Both the position numbers and the translations under genes were made by a program. A stretch of DNA of 20,000 bases from an uncultured virus (IMG/VR IMGVR_UViG_3300030060_004020) (Duplodnaviria; Heunggongvirae; Uroviricota; Caudoviricetes), in the IMG/VR virus record IMGVR_UViG_3300030060_004020, positions 58,325 to 78,324 of that record. The stretch is one strand, 5' to 3'. Below the pieces are notes generated by a model, which saw nothing but the letters and a program-made list of their open reading frames with translations, was not told the origin of the DNA and did no database searches. This document shows positions 9,924-17,913 of this stretch, piece after piece. Numbering within the stretch: position 1 is the stretch's first letter; each line of letters starts with the position of its first letter.

Positions 9924-10558
9924 CTTTTCTTAATGTCTAACCAAATTTCGGGATTGTTTTCAGCAAGCACTTCTTGAACAATTTGCATCTGTGCAAATAT
10001 AATTGTGTCCTGTCTCTTATGTATAAGTTTGCCCTTAAACTCCATGAGATATTTTAGCGACTCTCTAACTTCTTTCGCAAGTTTAGTTAGGCTATCTATC
10101 TCTCTAGGCTCTAAATCAACTGCACCAAACAAGTCATCTAACTTGCTATCCAGTCTTTGTATGTTATTACTTAGCAAATCAATTTCATTAACTTCTTTCT
10201 TTGCTATCATTACTGCGGCTGACTCTTGAACAATCGGTGCTAGATGGTGTTTCATATGTCGTTGCACTTGTTCTTTAGTAGTGTCTAATGCTTCGGCAAT
10301 TGCTTCAGCACTTATCTCACCATTGGCTAAGTTTTCTTCGTAGTGTTTTCTCATTGGGTCTGTGCATAATACACACTTAGGATTACTACTATTGACATAA
10401 TCTCCCATGTGGTTTCTTTGGTGTTGTGCCGCAGTTCCACTTCTCCAATCGTGTCTTGAATCTAAATCATCACAAGAAACCTCACCGGCTTCCAACATTC
10501 TTTCGAGTTCTTCTCTATCTTCATGTTGGCAAAAACCACAACGCTTTCTTGTTACCAT
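9902..10558 (-). CDS. Tandem CxxC-HTH-HxxxH protein with coiled coil; candidate terminase small subunit or DNA-binding protein
   Basis: CGFC...HQRNH and CVLC...HMKHH units followed by a helical tail; AGGTGA SD. The TerS role is inference. Confidence 0.7.
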   Translation of the reverse strand: MVTRKRCGFCQHEDREELERMLEAGEVSCDDLDSRHDWRSGTAAQHQRNHMGDYVNSSNPKCVLCTDPMRKHYEENLANGEISAEAIAEALDTTKEQVQRHMKHHLAPIVQESAAVMIAKKEVNEIDLLSNNIQRLDSKLDDLFGAVDLEPREIDSLTKLAKEVRESLKYLMEFKGKLIHKRQDTIIFAQMQIVQEVLAENNPEIWLDIKKRMQEKLQ

Positions 10559-10568
10559 TTTAAATCAC

Positions 10569-10910
10569 CTATTCGCTCCAAAGAACATCATATCTATTGT
10601 CGGAATATCTTACAATATCTACAGGAGAAACCTTAGAATGAAGTATTTTATCTGGGTCTACATCGTTAATTCCACTACCCTCTATGTCTATGTCTAATTC
10701 TTCTCCTGTATCATTAAAAACAACTTTATTGATACTCACTCCCATATCCCTAAACATAGATTTTCTAACTCCAAATTCCATACTCCAAAAAACTGTCACT
10801 TCTCTATCTTCTAAATATTTTCCATCCCGTTTTTCTGTATCTGTAAATGTAACATTATCCGTTTCAAATTCAAAATACTGTTGCGATTTTTTCAGTTCGT
10901 TTTTCCACAT
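10569..10910 (-). CDS. Beta-rich acidic W-leader protein
   Basis: Start moved to MWKNELKKS, which follows GGAGTTGA. Confidence 0.75.
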   Translation of the reverse strand: MWKNELKKSQQYFEFETDNVTFTDTEKRDGKYLEDREVTVFWSMEFGVRKSMFRDMGVSINKVVFNDTGEELDIDIEGSGINDVDPDKILHSKVSPVDIVRYSDNRYDVLWSE

Positions 10911-10914
10911 TTTA

Positions 10915-12033
10915 TCAACTCCATAAATATTCATGCCATGACTTTTGTATGTCATCCTTTGGAACTTTTAATCCTTTTAGATTTAGATGCTCGCCCCATG
11001 CTAACTTCTTTGACTTACCCTTTCCAACAACCGCTACGATAAGTGATGACATAGCAGTTGCTTTGAAAGGCTTTAATGAAAATGTTTTGATTTGACCCGC
11101 AGGTGGTTCTATACCTGCTATCTTTGAAAGTGCCTCTTTACTTGTTTTTTTGTTATCTAATGTAAACTTCATACCCGAAAAAGTGCTTGCCATTTCTGCC
11201 AACTTAGGAACTCCATTTTTCTTAAACAAGGTTTTTCTTTTTAGTAATCCCAATACATGCTTTCTAACAGGTGGGAAAATTGCTAACTTAGAAGGTAACT
11301 TAACCTGCAAGTGCATATTCTCAATTGCTTTATTTGATTCTGCCAAAGCAATCTTCAATATATCTTTTAATCCAACTTTAATCAAATCACCCCTACCGAA
11401 AAGGGCTTGAGCCAAAGGTGGGTTAGCCGTATTTGGTGTATCACTATACCATGTTGGAGGTGCTTTCTTTCCATATTTTTTCTTATACCACTCATTTGCA
11501 TAGTGGCCGTAAACTTTGTCTTTCTCTTTACCTATGGCATTACCATCAGCATCCGACTTTGCAGGAAAATTAAATACAGTATTTTTAGGATTTAAGGTGC
11601 TTGTTGCTTCTTCAAAACCTTCAATAGCATCTTGGAATTCTTGTAGTTTTTTTACATGGCTTACTAACAGAATCTTATCTTCTTTGAATTCTTCCATAAA
11701 TTCTTCTATGTCATCTAATAGAGTAAATGCTCCTGTGCTTCCCCTATTTGGCGACCTATCCCTTCTATATCCGCTAGTTACATGCTCTTTCAATTGTAAA
11801 TATAGATTAGCAGGGTGAGGCTGTCCACTCTTAGTATCTATTTGTCCAACCTTCTTTCCCTCTCTAGGTTTTCTAATTCTTCTACCTTCACTAAGTAATT
11901 TTTTCCTACCTATGCCTTGACACTTCTTAACCCAAGCCTCATACTCATCAATAAACTTGAATGAACCTCTAACTTCAATATCAGTGCTTCCAACCTTAAT
12001 CACGGACTTTTTCTTCTCGTCTTTTCTTACCAC
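10915..12033 (-). CDS. Basic hypothetical protein (~372 aa)
   Basis: Long ORF; likely GTG start at 12033 after GGAGGTG. Confidence 0.75.
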   Translation of the reverse strand: MVRKDEKKKSVIKVGSTDIEVRGSFKFIDEYEAWVKKCQGIGRKKLLSEGRRIRKPREGKKVGQIDTKSGQPHPANLYLQLKEHVTSGYRRDRSPNRGSTGAFTLLDDIEEFMEEFKEDKILLVSHVKKLQEFQDAIEGFEEATSTLNPKNTVFNFPAKSDADGNAIGKEKDKVYGHYANEWYKKKYGKKAPPTWYSDTPNTANPPLAQALFGRGDLIKVGLKDILKIALAESNKAIENMHLQVKLPSKLAIFPPVRKHVLGLLKRKTLFKKNGVPKLAEMASTFSGMKFTLDNKKTSKEALSKIAGIEPPAGQIKTFSLKPFKATAMSSLIVAVVGKGKSKKLAWGEHLNLKGLKVPKDDIQKSWHEYLWS

Positions 12034-12487
12034 GCTTTCCACCTCCGTATTTTATATTGAATAGTTCGGGGTTAGCCCCATGACTACCAAAAGAATATCC
12101 CCCTGCTTTTTTTTCAAAAGTATCTCCATCAGTTTTTTTAGTCCTTTCAATCAGTTTGTCTAAATCCTGTTCTATTGGATAAAGGGCATCATTAGCGTGA
12201 TATTGCTCAATGCGAGGCAAATCCTCGATTAGTTTTTTTAGTTCTTCAATTCGATTCTTTAATTTGTCTGCTCGCTGTTTAAAGTTAATGGGTTCTCTTT
12301 TAGGCTTAAATTGTTTTCCACTAGGTTGTTTTCGTTGTGACTTTGGTGTAGTTGGAAAAGCCTTTGGTTTTTCTTTACTTTCCTTTTGGGCAGGTCTTGA
12401 ATAAAATTTACTAGTGTCTATTTCACCACGCTTTTTCCTTTTAGGAATTTTTATTTCTCTATTCTTTACTATATTTTGCCAACTCAT
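11996..12487 (-). CDS. 163-aa basic W-leader protein
   Basis: Starts MSWQNIVK. Confidence 0.8.
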   Translation of the reverse strand: MSWQNIVKNREIKIPKRKKRGEIDTSKFYSRPAQKESKEKPKAFPTTPKSQRKQPSGKQFKPKREPINFKQRADKLKNRIEELKKLIEDLPRIEQYHANDALYPIEQDLDKLIERTKKTDGDTFEKKAGGYSFGSHGANPELFNIKYGGGKRGKKRREEKVRD

Positions 12488-12499
12488 GTCAAACCCTCT

Positions 12500-12799
12500 T
12501 TAATCATCTAAAGCAATAGTCATTATTTTTTCTATTTGTTTTTCAAGTCCTTCTATCGTTTTATTCATTGACTCTCTTTTTTCAGCATCAAAATCTTTAC
12601 TCATCGTTTGTAATTTCTTGATTGTTTTCTTTAGTTCATCCACTCTTTTCAAAAAGTAACTCATGTCTCTTTTATCTTGACCTCTAATTGCTTTGCCCTT
12701 TAGTCTTCTTCTTTCCAAAGCCCTTTGCTTTCTTCTGTCAATTTTATCTTTCTCTCGTTCAAAACGACTATCTTCTTTAATTATATTTTCCCAACTCAT
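12500..12799 (-). CDS. 99-aa W-leader coiled-coil protein
   Basis: Starts MSWENIIK. Confidence 0.8.
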   Translation of the reverse strand: MSWENIIKEDSRFEREKDKIDRRKQRALERRRLKGKAIRGQDKRDMSYFLKRVDELKKTIKKLQTMSKDFDAEKRESMNKTIEGLEKQIEKIMTIALDD

Positions 12800-12800
12800 A

Positions 12801-13028
12801 TCAAGCCCTCGCTAAACTTCCAATTATTCTCTTAATGCTATCCATAGTAGTCTTATGCAATCTATGATATTCTCCGGCAATATCTTCAAATTCATCAGCA
12901 TCAATCATTTCTTCACCTTGATACTGCCTAACAATCTCATCCAACTCTTTCAAAACATCTCTTTGTTTGCCAAAGTTATCAATGGCATTTTGCGTAGTGT
13001 TACGCTTTAGAATACTTTGCCATGTCAT
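12801..13028 (-). CDS. 75-aa W-leader protein
   Basis: Starts MTWQSILK. Confidence 0.8.
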   Translation of the reverse strand: MTWQSILKRNTTQNAIDNFGKQRDVLKELDEIVRQYQGEEMIDADEFEDIAGEYHRLHKTTMDSIKRIIGSLARA

Positions 13029-13291
13029 TTCTTACCACCCTTTCTTTCTATTCTATTTATGTAGTATTCAAGAGTTTTAAGGCTATCTTTATCTCCTGTT
13101 TCTAAGTATTCTTCTTCTTCCATTCTAACAACCATATCTTCATTTTTATTATCTATTGGCAGTAGTGCTTCTAATCTTCTTTTTAAATTAACATATTCTG
13201 GATTTGAAGCATACATATCTTTCGGTGCATATTTTCTACCAAGCCTTCTTGCTTCTCTTATGTCTATTTTAAGAATAGTTTGCCAAGTCAT
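13025..13291 (-). CDS. 88-aa W-leader protein
   Basis: Starts MTWQTILK; AGGTG SD. Confidence 0.8.
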   Translation of the reverse strand: MTWQTILKIDIREARRLGRKYAPKDMYASNPEYVNLKRRLEALLPIDNKNEDMVVRMEEEEYLETGDKDSLKTLEYYINRIERKGGKK

Positions 13292-13301
13292 TTTAAAACA
13301 C

Positions 13302-13535
13302 CTACTTTCTTTTTGCTTTTAATTCGTTGAATAGTTTAACAATATATTCCGACAACTCATTTAATCTTTCAACAACTTCTTCTACTTCTTCGTAGTGTTC
13401 ACCAAGTTCCATAATGTTCATCGGTAACTGACCCTTTTCTTTTAGTTTCTCTAAGTAGTCCATAAACTCTTCATGTTCTTTTATGGCTTCTAATAATTCA
13501 GCCTCATTGCCTTTTAGAACATCTTGCCAAGCCAT
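13302..13535 (-). CDS. 77-aa acidic W-leader protein
   Basis: Start moved to MAWQDVLK. Confidence 0.75.
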   Translation of the reverse strand: MAWQDVLKGNEAELLEAIKEHEEFMDYLEKLKEKGQLPMNIMELGEHYEEVEEVVERLNELSEYIVKLFNELKAKRK

Positions 13536-13536
13536 A

Positions 13537-13809
13537 TTAATCATCTCTTTTAAACGGATTAAATGGCACATCTCTTCTTCTTCTTCTTCTATCCTTTCTT
13601 CCGATAGTTGCCTTTCTTTTTTTATCTTCTTGAATTATTCTAGCCATTTCTTCTTTTGTAGGTAGTGGCTTTGGCTCCTTTACCTTTGTTGGTTTAGGCT
13701 CTTTAGGAATAAACTCCCTTTCGCTTTCACTGTCTATTTTCCGTTGTTGTGCTTCTCTAACTTTTTTAGAATCTCTAGGATTCCTCTTTACTATATCTTT
13801 CCAACTCAT
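13537..13809 (-). CDS. 90-aa basic W-leader protein
   Basis: Starts MSWKDIVK; AGGTGA SD. Confidence 0.8.
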   Translation of the reverse strand: MSWKDIVKRNPRDSKKVREAQQRKIDSESEREFIPKEPKPTKVKEPKPLPTKEEMARIIQEDKKRKATIGRKDRRRRRRDVPFNPFKRDD

Positions 13810-13821
13810 TTCTTATCACCT

Positions 13822-14172
13822 TTAATTATATATCTCACTTGCTATTTTCTTCATTCGTTCATCAAGTTCTTTAGTGGCTTTTTCGTATTCTTGCCTTATT
13901 TTCTTTTGATTTTCTTCATATTGTTTATTATCAAAATCGTCATTACCACCATATTTTGAATAATCTCCGTGATATTTCCTTTTCAATCCCATTTTTATAT
14001 TTCTCATTTCTTCGGATATTTTTTCCATCTCGATTTCGCCAGCCTTTATTCTAGCATTCACCGCCCTGTCTTCTTGTTTTTTCTTTTTAGCCTCTCTTTT
14101 GAGTTCTTTTTTATGTCGTTTTGTTCGTCTATCAGTATAGTAACTACTTTTCAATACATCTTCCCAACTCAT
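13822..14172 (-). CDS. 116-aa W-leader protein
   Basis: Starts MSWEDVLK; AGGTGG SD. Confidence 0.8.
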   Translation of the reverse strand: MSWEDVLKSSYYTDRRTKRHKKELKREAKKKKQEDRAVNARIKAGEIEMEKISEEMRNIKMGLKRKYHGDYSKYGGNDDFDNKQYEENQKKIRQEYEKATKELDERMKKIASEIYN

Positions 14173-14276
14173 TTCTTACCACCTGTAATAAAATCTTTCT
14201 TGGTTTTCTTTTCTGTTTCATCAATCTTCTTTGACTGAACATCAAACCAAGCATCTAAGTTATTGCACCTTGTCAT
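14169..14276 (-). CDS. 35-aa small protein
   Basis: Manual translation: MTRCNNLDAWFDVQSKKIDETEKKTKKDFITGGKK. AGGTGA SD; ATGA overlap. Confidence 0.65.
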   Translation of the reverse strand: MTRCNNLDAWFDVQSKKIDETEKKTKKDFITGGKK

Positions 14277-14285
14277 ATTTTTCAC

Positions 14286-14717
14286 CTACTCAAATGTAAT
14301 AGCAATATTATCTAATGTCAATCCATCTCCGTCTTTTACCAATTCAGCATCTATGTAAGGAATTAAAGTCATAGGTAATTCCTTAGTGTTAAAATTCATA
14401 TCTACTTGAAAATCATCTACTACAACATCTTTATCTTGTATGTCCCATTCCTCATTAGCCGCATCAAAATCCTTATCAAAAGAAGCATCTACTCCTACTA
14501 CAGTAATTTTGTCAATATTCGGCTCTTGAATATATACTGAATCATCACTATGCTCAAGAGTCAAACTCCAATTAATTATTACTCTTTCATAATCAGTTTC
14601 ATAGACACCTTTTCCACCAGTAATAGAATGCAATCTACCATCTTTACGCTTCTCAAGTTCAGTAGTATATGTAAAGTCTTGAACTCTCGCTTTACGAATA
14701 GCGTTTTTCCATGTCAT
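14286..14717 (-). CDS. Beta-rich acidic W-leader protein
   Basis: Start moved to MTWKNAIRK, which follows AGGTGAATAAT. Confidence 0.8.
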   Translation of the reverse strand: MTWKNAIRKARVQDFTYTTELEKRKDGRLHSITGGKGVYETDYERVIINWSLTLEHSDDSVYIQEPNIDKITVVGVDASFDKDFDAANEEWDIQDKDVVVDDFQVDMNFNTKELPMTLIPYIDAELVKDGDGLTLDNIAITFE

Positions 14718-14726
14718 ATTATTCAC

Positions 14727-14990
14727 CTATATACTTTCTTCAAGAGGGGTTTTATCTTCATATACTTTAGTCGCATAAAAAAGCGGGTCGTCGCCTTCCC
14801 TTTCTAAATCCATCAAATAATCGTCAAATGTTCTTGATTTATCCCTAAGTTCCATTATTCTATCAACCATTTCATTAGCCTCTTTTAGAGTTAATGTTCC
14901 TCTATCCATACCTTCTTCTAATTTATCTAACAATTCAAAACCCTCTTTCATCGTAGCACTTGTTCTTTTTAGTATATCTTCCCATGTCAT
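14727..14990 (-). CDS. 87-aa W-leader protein
   Basis: Start moved to MTWEDILK, which follows AGGTGAATAAT. Confidence 0.8.
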   Translation of the reverse strand: MTWEDILKRTSATMKEGFELLDKLEEGMDRGTLTLKEANEMVDRIMELRDKSRTFDDYLMDLEREGDDPLFYATKVYEDKTPLEESI

Positions 14991-15044
14991 ATTATTCACC
15001 TTTTATTTTAGACGACTTTTTCAAAAATTTTTCTAGGAATTTTT

Positions 15045-15275
15045 TTAACTCCTACTATATCCGGTTTTTGAAACGCTAATCTTAGCACCGTTTACATCTG
15101 CGTATGTTAGTGGCGTTCCGCTTTTTTGTTGAGCGATTCTATTCAATTCATATTCAAAATCATTTTGAACTTGTTTATTAGGCAAACCTTGCATATCTGC
15201 TAATGTTTTTCTATAAAACTGTTCAGCATCGTTTTCATATCTTATGTTTTTTCTAATCATATCTTTCCAATTCAT
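15045..15275 (-). CDS. 76-aa W-leader protein
   Basis: Starts MNWKDMIRK. Confidence 0.75.
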   Translation of the reverse strand: MNWKDMIRKNIRYENDAEQFYRKTLADMQGLPNKQVQNDFEYELNRIAQQKSGTPLTYADVNGAKISVSKTGYSRS

Positions 15276-15393
15276 TTAATTTCAACTCTTTTTTTAAAAA
15301 TGTGGCGGATTTTGTTTGTCACTAGCGTAAAAATTTTTTTTATAACTATTGTATTTCCAGAATAAAAGTTATACTATTCATCATTAACTATAC

Positions 15394-15645
15394 TTAATTA
15401 AAATCAAATAAACTAGTATTCTTAGTATCTTTAACCTTACCTTGCATAGTCATTTTATTCTTAGCCTTAATGTCTCTAATGTATCTTAGTAGTGTATTTA
15501 ACTTAGTTTTAATGTCTTTTAACTCATCATCTAACTCTTCAGTATAACTACCACTCTTAGTTTTAGTCTCATTAAGTATTTCCTTAAGTTTTTGTGATAT
15601 TGTATTTAACCTAGAAACTAAGCCAAATTCAATATCTTGACTAAT
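15394..15645 (-). CDS. Possible coiled-coil protein with ATT start, or pseudogene
   Basis: GGAGGT lies 6 nt before an in-frame ATT; the frame reads (M)SQDIEFGLVSRLNTISQKLKEIL... Confidence 0.4.
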   Translation of the reverse strand: MSQDIEFGLVSRLNTISQKLKEILNETKTKSGSYTEELDDELKDIKTKLNTLLRYIRDIKAKNKMTMQGKVKDTKNTSLFDFN

Positions 15646-15800
15646 GCAACAACCTCCTTTAACAGGTCGTAGTAAGATAAGGGTAATAAATGTAGTAGTT
15701 TTATGGGTTAATATGTTATACACAGTAGTTAATAGGTCAAAATTAACGATGAATGCTTATATTATTCAAATTAATAAAGAATAAAAAATTTTGGAACAAA

Positions 15801-15865
15801 GCCATATGGTTGTAGAGCAACCGATTAACAAGCATATGGTTCACTTTGAGAACACGAATTATATA
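15801..15865 (+). promoter_or_regulatory. Cassette element 1 (atypical, two CATATGGTT copies) plus TATA
   Basis: GCCATATGGTTG at 15801, AGCATATGGTTCACTTTGAGAAC at 15831, ATTATATA at 15858-15865. Confidence 0.8.
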
Positions 15866-15901
15866 TTATATCTATATTAAAGGGTAGAAAGAGTGATTAA
15901 A

Positions 15902-16324
15902 ATGGTATGTGAAGAATGCGGAAAAGCGAGTGAATATAATTTGTGTGTTGAATGTGTTAGAGACTTAGACGAAGATGACAGATTTGAACGCTTTATGCAA
16001 GCAGAAGAAATGGTAATGCCAAAAGACCCAAGAGAAAGGCAAGAATATCAATGCCCTAAGTGCAATGGCTTAGACTGTATCTATGGCGATTTTGTTTTGA
16101 ATGACTGGGAAGAGTTTAAACCTAAATTAACACCGACTGATAATGATATGTGGTGCCAATACTCGTATAACGGTGAAATAGTACAAGGTAATACCTTACT
16201 TGATGAAATTCAAGAGTTATCTTTCGCTTGTACTAAATGCGGCTATAATTTCAATGGTGATGATGAGGAACTCAATGAGAACATAGTTACTGTCATAGAG
16301 GCTTATAGGTGGGATGATGAATGA
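15902..16324 (+). CDS. Acidic zinc-finger protein (4 CxxC)
   Basis: CEEC, CVEC, CPKC, CTKC; ATG after GAGTGA. Confidence 0.8.
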   Translation: MVCEECGKASEYNLCVECVRDLDEDDRFERFMQAEEMVMPKDPRERQEYQCPKCNGLDCIYGDFVLNDWEEFKPKLTPTDNDMWCQYSYNGEIVQGNTLLDEIQELSFACTKCGYNFNGDDEELNENIVTVIEAYRWDDE

Positions 16325-16515
16325 TAGGAATTAAAGGTTGGGCAGTTTGGAATAATGAGGCTTGGTGTGTGGAATATGAAAACCTATACCGCACAAAAGA
16401 AGAGGCTATGAAGGCGGCTAAAAAGCACTATAGTTACATTGGAGACACTGAAGAAGACTATGGCGACCACATGGTGTGTGAAATTAAAATAACAGTTCAT
16501 TTTTCTTTATTTTGA
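16321..16515 (+). CDS. 64-aa hypothetical protein
   Basis: ATGA overlap with the upstream gene; followed by a terminator. Confidence 0.7.
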   Translation: MIGIKGWAVWNNEAWCVEYENLYRTKEEAMKAAKKHYSYIGDTEEDYGDHMVCEIKITVHFSLF

Positions 16516-16526
16516 TTTAAGCGGTT

Positions 16527-16572
16527 AAAAAACAACCCTGTATTTAGGTGCAGGGTTGTTTTTCCTTTTTTT
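16527..16572 (+). terminator. Hairpin plus T-tract, identical to 17007-17052
   Basis: AAAAACAACCCTG/CAGGGTTGTTTTT stem followed by CCTTTTTTT. Confidence 0.85.
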
Positions 16573-16575
16573 CGA

Positions 16576-16654
16576 GGTTTGGTGTCGTTATATATTATAA
16601 CGGTGATTGTGACACCAAACCATATGGTTTACTTTGGAATACCCGTTTCATATA
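16576..16654 (+). promoter_or_regulatory. Cassette element 2: hairpin, palindrome, TATA
   Basis: GGTTTGGTGTC-N24-GACACCAAACC, then ATATGGTTTACTTTGGAATAC, then TTCATATA. Confidence 0.85.
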
Positions 16655-16674
16655 GTTATATAGAGATAGTATGC

Positions 16675-16992
16675 ATGTCAAGCGTAATAGACAAATTTGA
16701 GCAAGAATTAAAGGACAACAATGTAGTTAAGTATGTACAATCAACAAATCAAAATATCAATCCTAAAAAAATAACTGAAATGTTAAATCGTAGGACTACA
16801 CTACATAAAATAATTAATGTTATGAAACAAATGAATTTGAGTGAGTCAATTTGGAATAAATTTAATCATGAAGAAATTGAAGAAATAGCAACAGCATTTC
16901 ACGCTGTTATAGATGAATTCAAGGAAGATAGTGAGGCACTATTCCAAACTGTCCAAGATTGGGAAGATTGGGCAGATAGGCGACCTTATTGA
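16675..16992 (+). CDS. 105-aa helical protein, probably leaderless
   Basis: Start moved to MSSVIDK, 21 nt after the TATA end. The ORF-track extension runs through the promoter element. Confidence 0.75.
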   Translation: MSSVIDKFEQELKDNNVVKYVQSTNQNINPKKITEMLNRRTTLHKIINVMKQMNLSESIWNKFNHEEIEEIATAFHAVIDEFKEDSEALFQTVQDWEDWADRRPY

Positions 16993-17006
16993 GGTCAAAA
17001 CGGTCA

Positions 17007-17052
17007 AAAAAACAACCCTGTATTTAGGTGCAGGGTTGTTTTTCCTTTTTTT
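17007..17052 (+). terminator. Hairpin plus T-tract, identical to 16527-16572
   Basis: 46-bp exact copy, 480 bp downstream. Confidence 0.85.
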
Positions 17053-17057
17053 ATTGA

Positions 17058-17135
17058 GGTTTGAGGTCGTTTTTATTAACTTACAAGATAGTAACCTCAA
17101 ACCATATGGTTCACTTTGAGAACTCAGTTCTTATA
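17058..17135 (+). promoter_or_regulatory. Cassette element 3
   Basis: GGTTTGAGGT-N26-ACCTCAAACC, then ATATGGTTCACTTTGAGAAC, then TTCTTATA. Confidence 0.85.
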
Positions 17136-17197
17136 CCAAACCATAGATAGGAGGTGCTTCAAGGGGTTGAAGTGTAATTATCATTGAGGTGAAAATT

Positions 17198-17674
17198 ATG
17201 AATTTGGAAAAACTAGAAACTAATAGAAATAACATACGAACATGGATGAAAGAAAATGAAAGCCCGCTTAATGATGCTTTAGAGGGTCTACTCACAGCAT
17301 CGGAGTTGGCTAAAACTGATGATGAAGCGGTCAAGTATTGGTCGTCAATTCGTTCACTTTGTGGCAACATGAGTCCTTCTCCTGTTAGAAAAGGTGTGCA
17401 ATCAAAATACTCTACTGAGGTTTTGGCAGTATTAGACGCTATTGGAACAGAAGTTGATGAGGCTTCAGTTCGCTACCATAACGACGGTATTATGTCTAAG
17501 GTATTGTTTTCTCACGGTAAATCCGGCGGAAAACAAATGCTAGCAGAAGTATTTGGAAAGACTATGAGAAACATGACCATTGGAAAACTTAAGAAAAAGT
17601 TGGATGATGGTATATGGGATGGAACTCTAGCCGGTTTAGACTCCTTGACCGAAATAACGGAGGATAATGAGTGA
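17198..17674 (+). CDS. Hypothetical protein, paralog of 18962-19471
   Basis: Shared YWxSIRxxCGNxxxSPxRKG and DGxWDGTL; ATG after GAGGTGA. Confidence 0.85.
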   Translation: MNLEKLETNRNNIRTWMKENESPLNDALEGLLTASELAKTDDEAVKYWSSIRSLCGNMSPSPVRKGVQSKYSTEVLAVLDAIGTEVDEASVRYHNDGIMSKVLFSHGKSGGKQMLAEVFGKTMRNMTIGKLKKKLDDGIWDGTLAGLDSLTEITEDNE

Positions 17675-17681
17675 TTAACAT

Positions 17682-17805
17682 TTCAACCCCTTGTTGCCCC
17701 TACTCCCGATTAGGCCGAATAGTGAAACTACTCTTACAGTGCAGTAAATAAGCACTTCTTAAGAGATTTGAAAAAATAGTTTCACTATTCGGTCTAAGTT
17801 TTTTT
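17682..17805 (+). other. Structured 3' UTR / terminator, copy A
   Basis: 17682-17693 pairs with the 5' leader at 17160-17171. A 21-bp stem (17710-17730 / 17777-17797) encloses an inner CTCTTA/TAAGAG stem; T-tract follows. Confidence 0.8.
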
Positions 17806-17811
17806 ATTTAG

Positions 17812-17893
17812 GGTTTGATGCGGCCTACGGCCTAAATGTTTAAAGAACATTTCATCAAACCATATGGTTTACTTTGAGAACCTGATTCATATA
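17812..17893 (+). promoter_or_regulatory. Cassette element 4
   Basis: GGTTTGATG-N32-CATCAAACC, then ATATGGTTTACTTTGAGAAC, then TTCATATA. Confidence 0.85.
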
Positions 17894-17913
17894 TCTATTG
17901 GTATAGAGATAGC

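Noticed and set aside
4770..10260. Other CATATG hexamers in the left block
   Set aside because: They lie within coding sequence and lack the flanking AAC/GTT, ACTTT and TATA context.
2193..14807. Plus-strand ORFs in the left block (e.g. 4981-5442, 6667-7191, 11516-11818)
   Set aside because: Ser/Phe/Leu-rich antisense shadows of tightly packed minus-strand genes.
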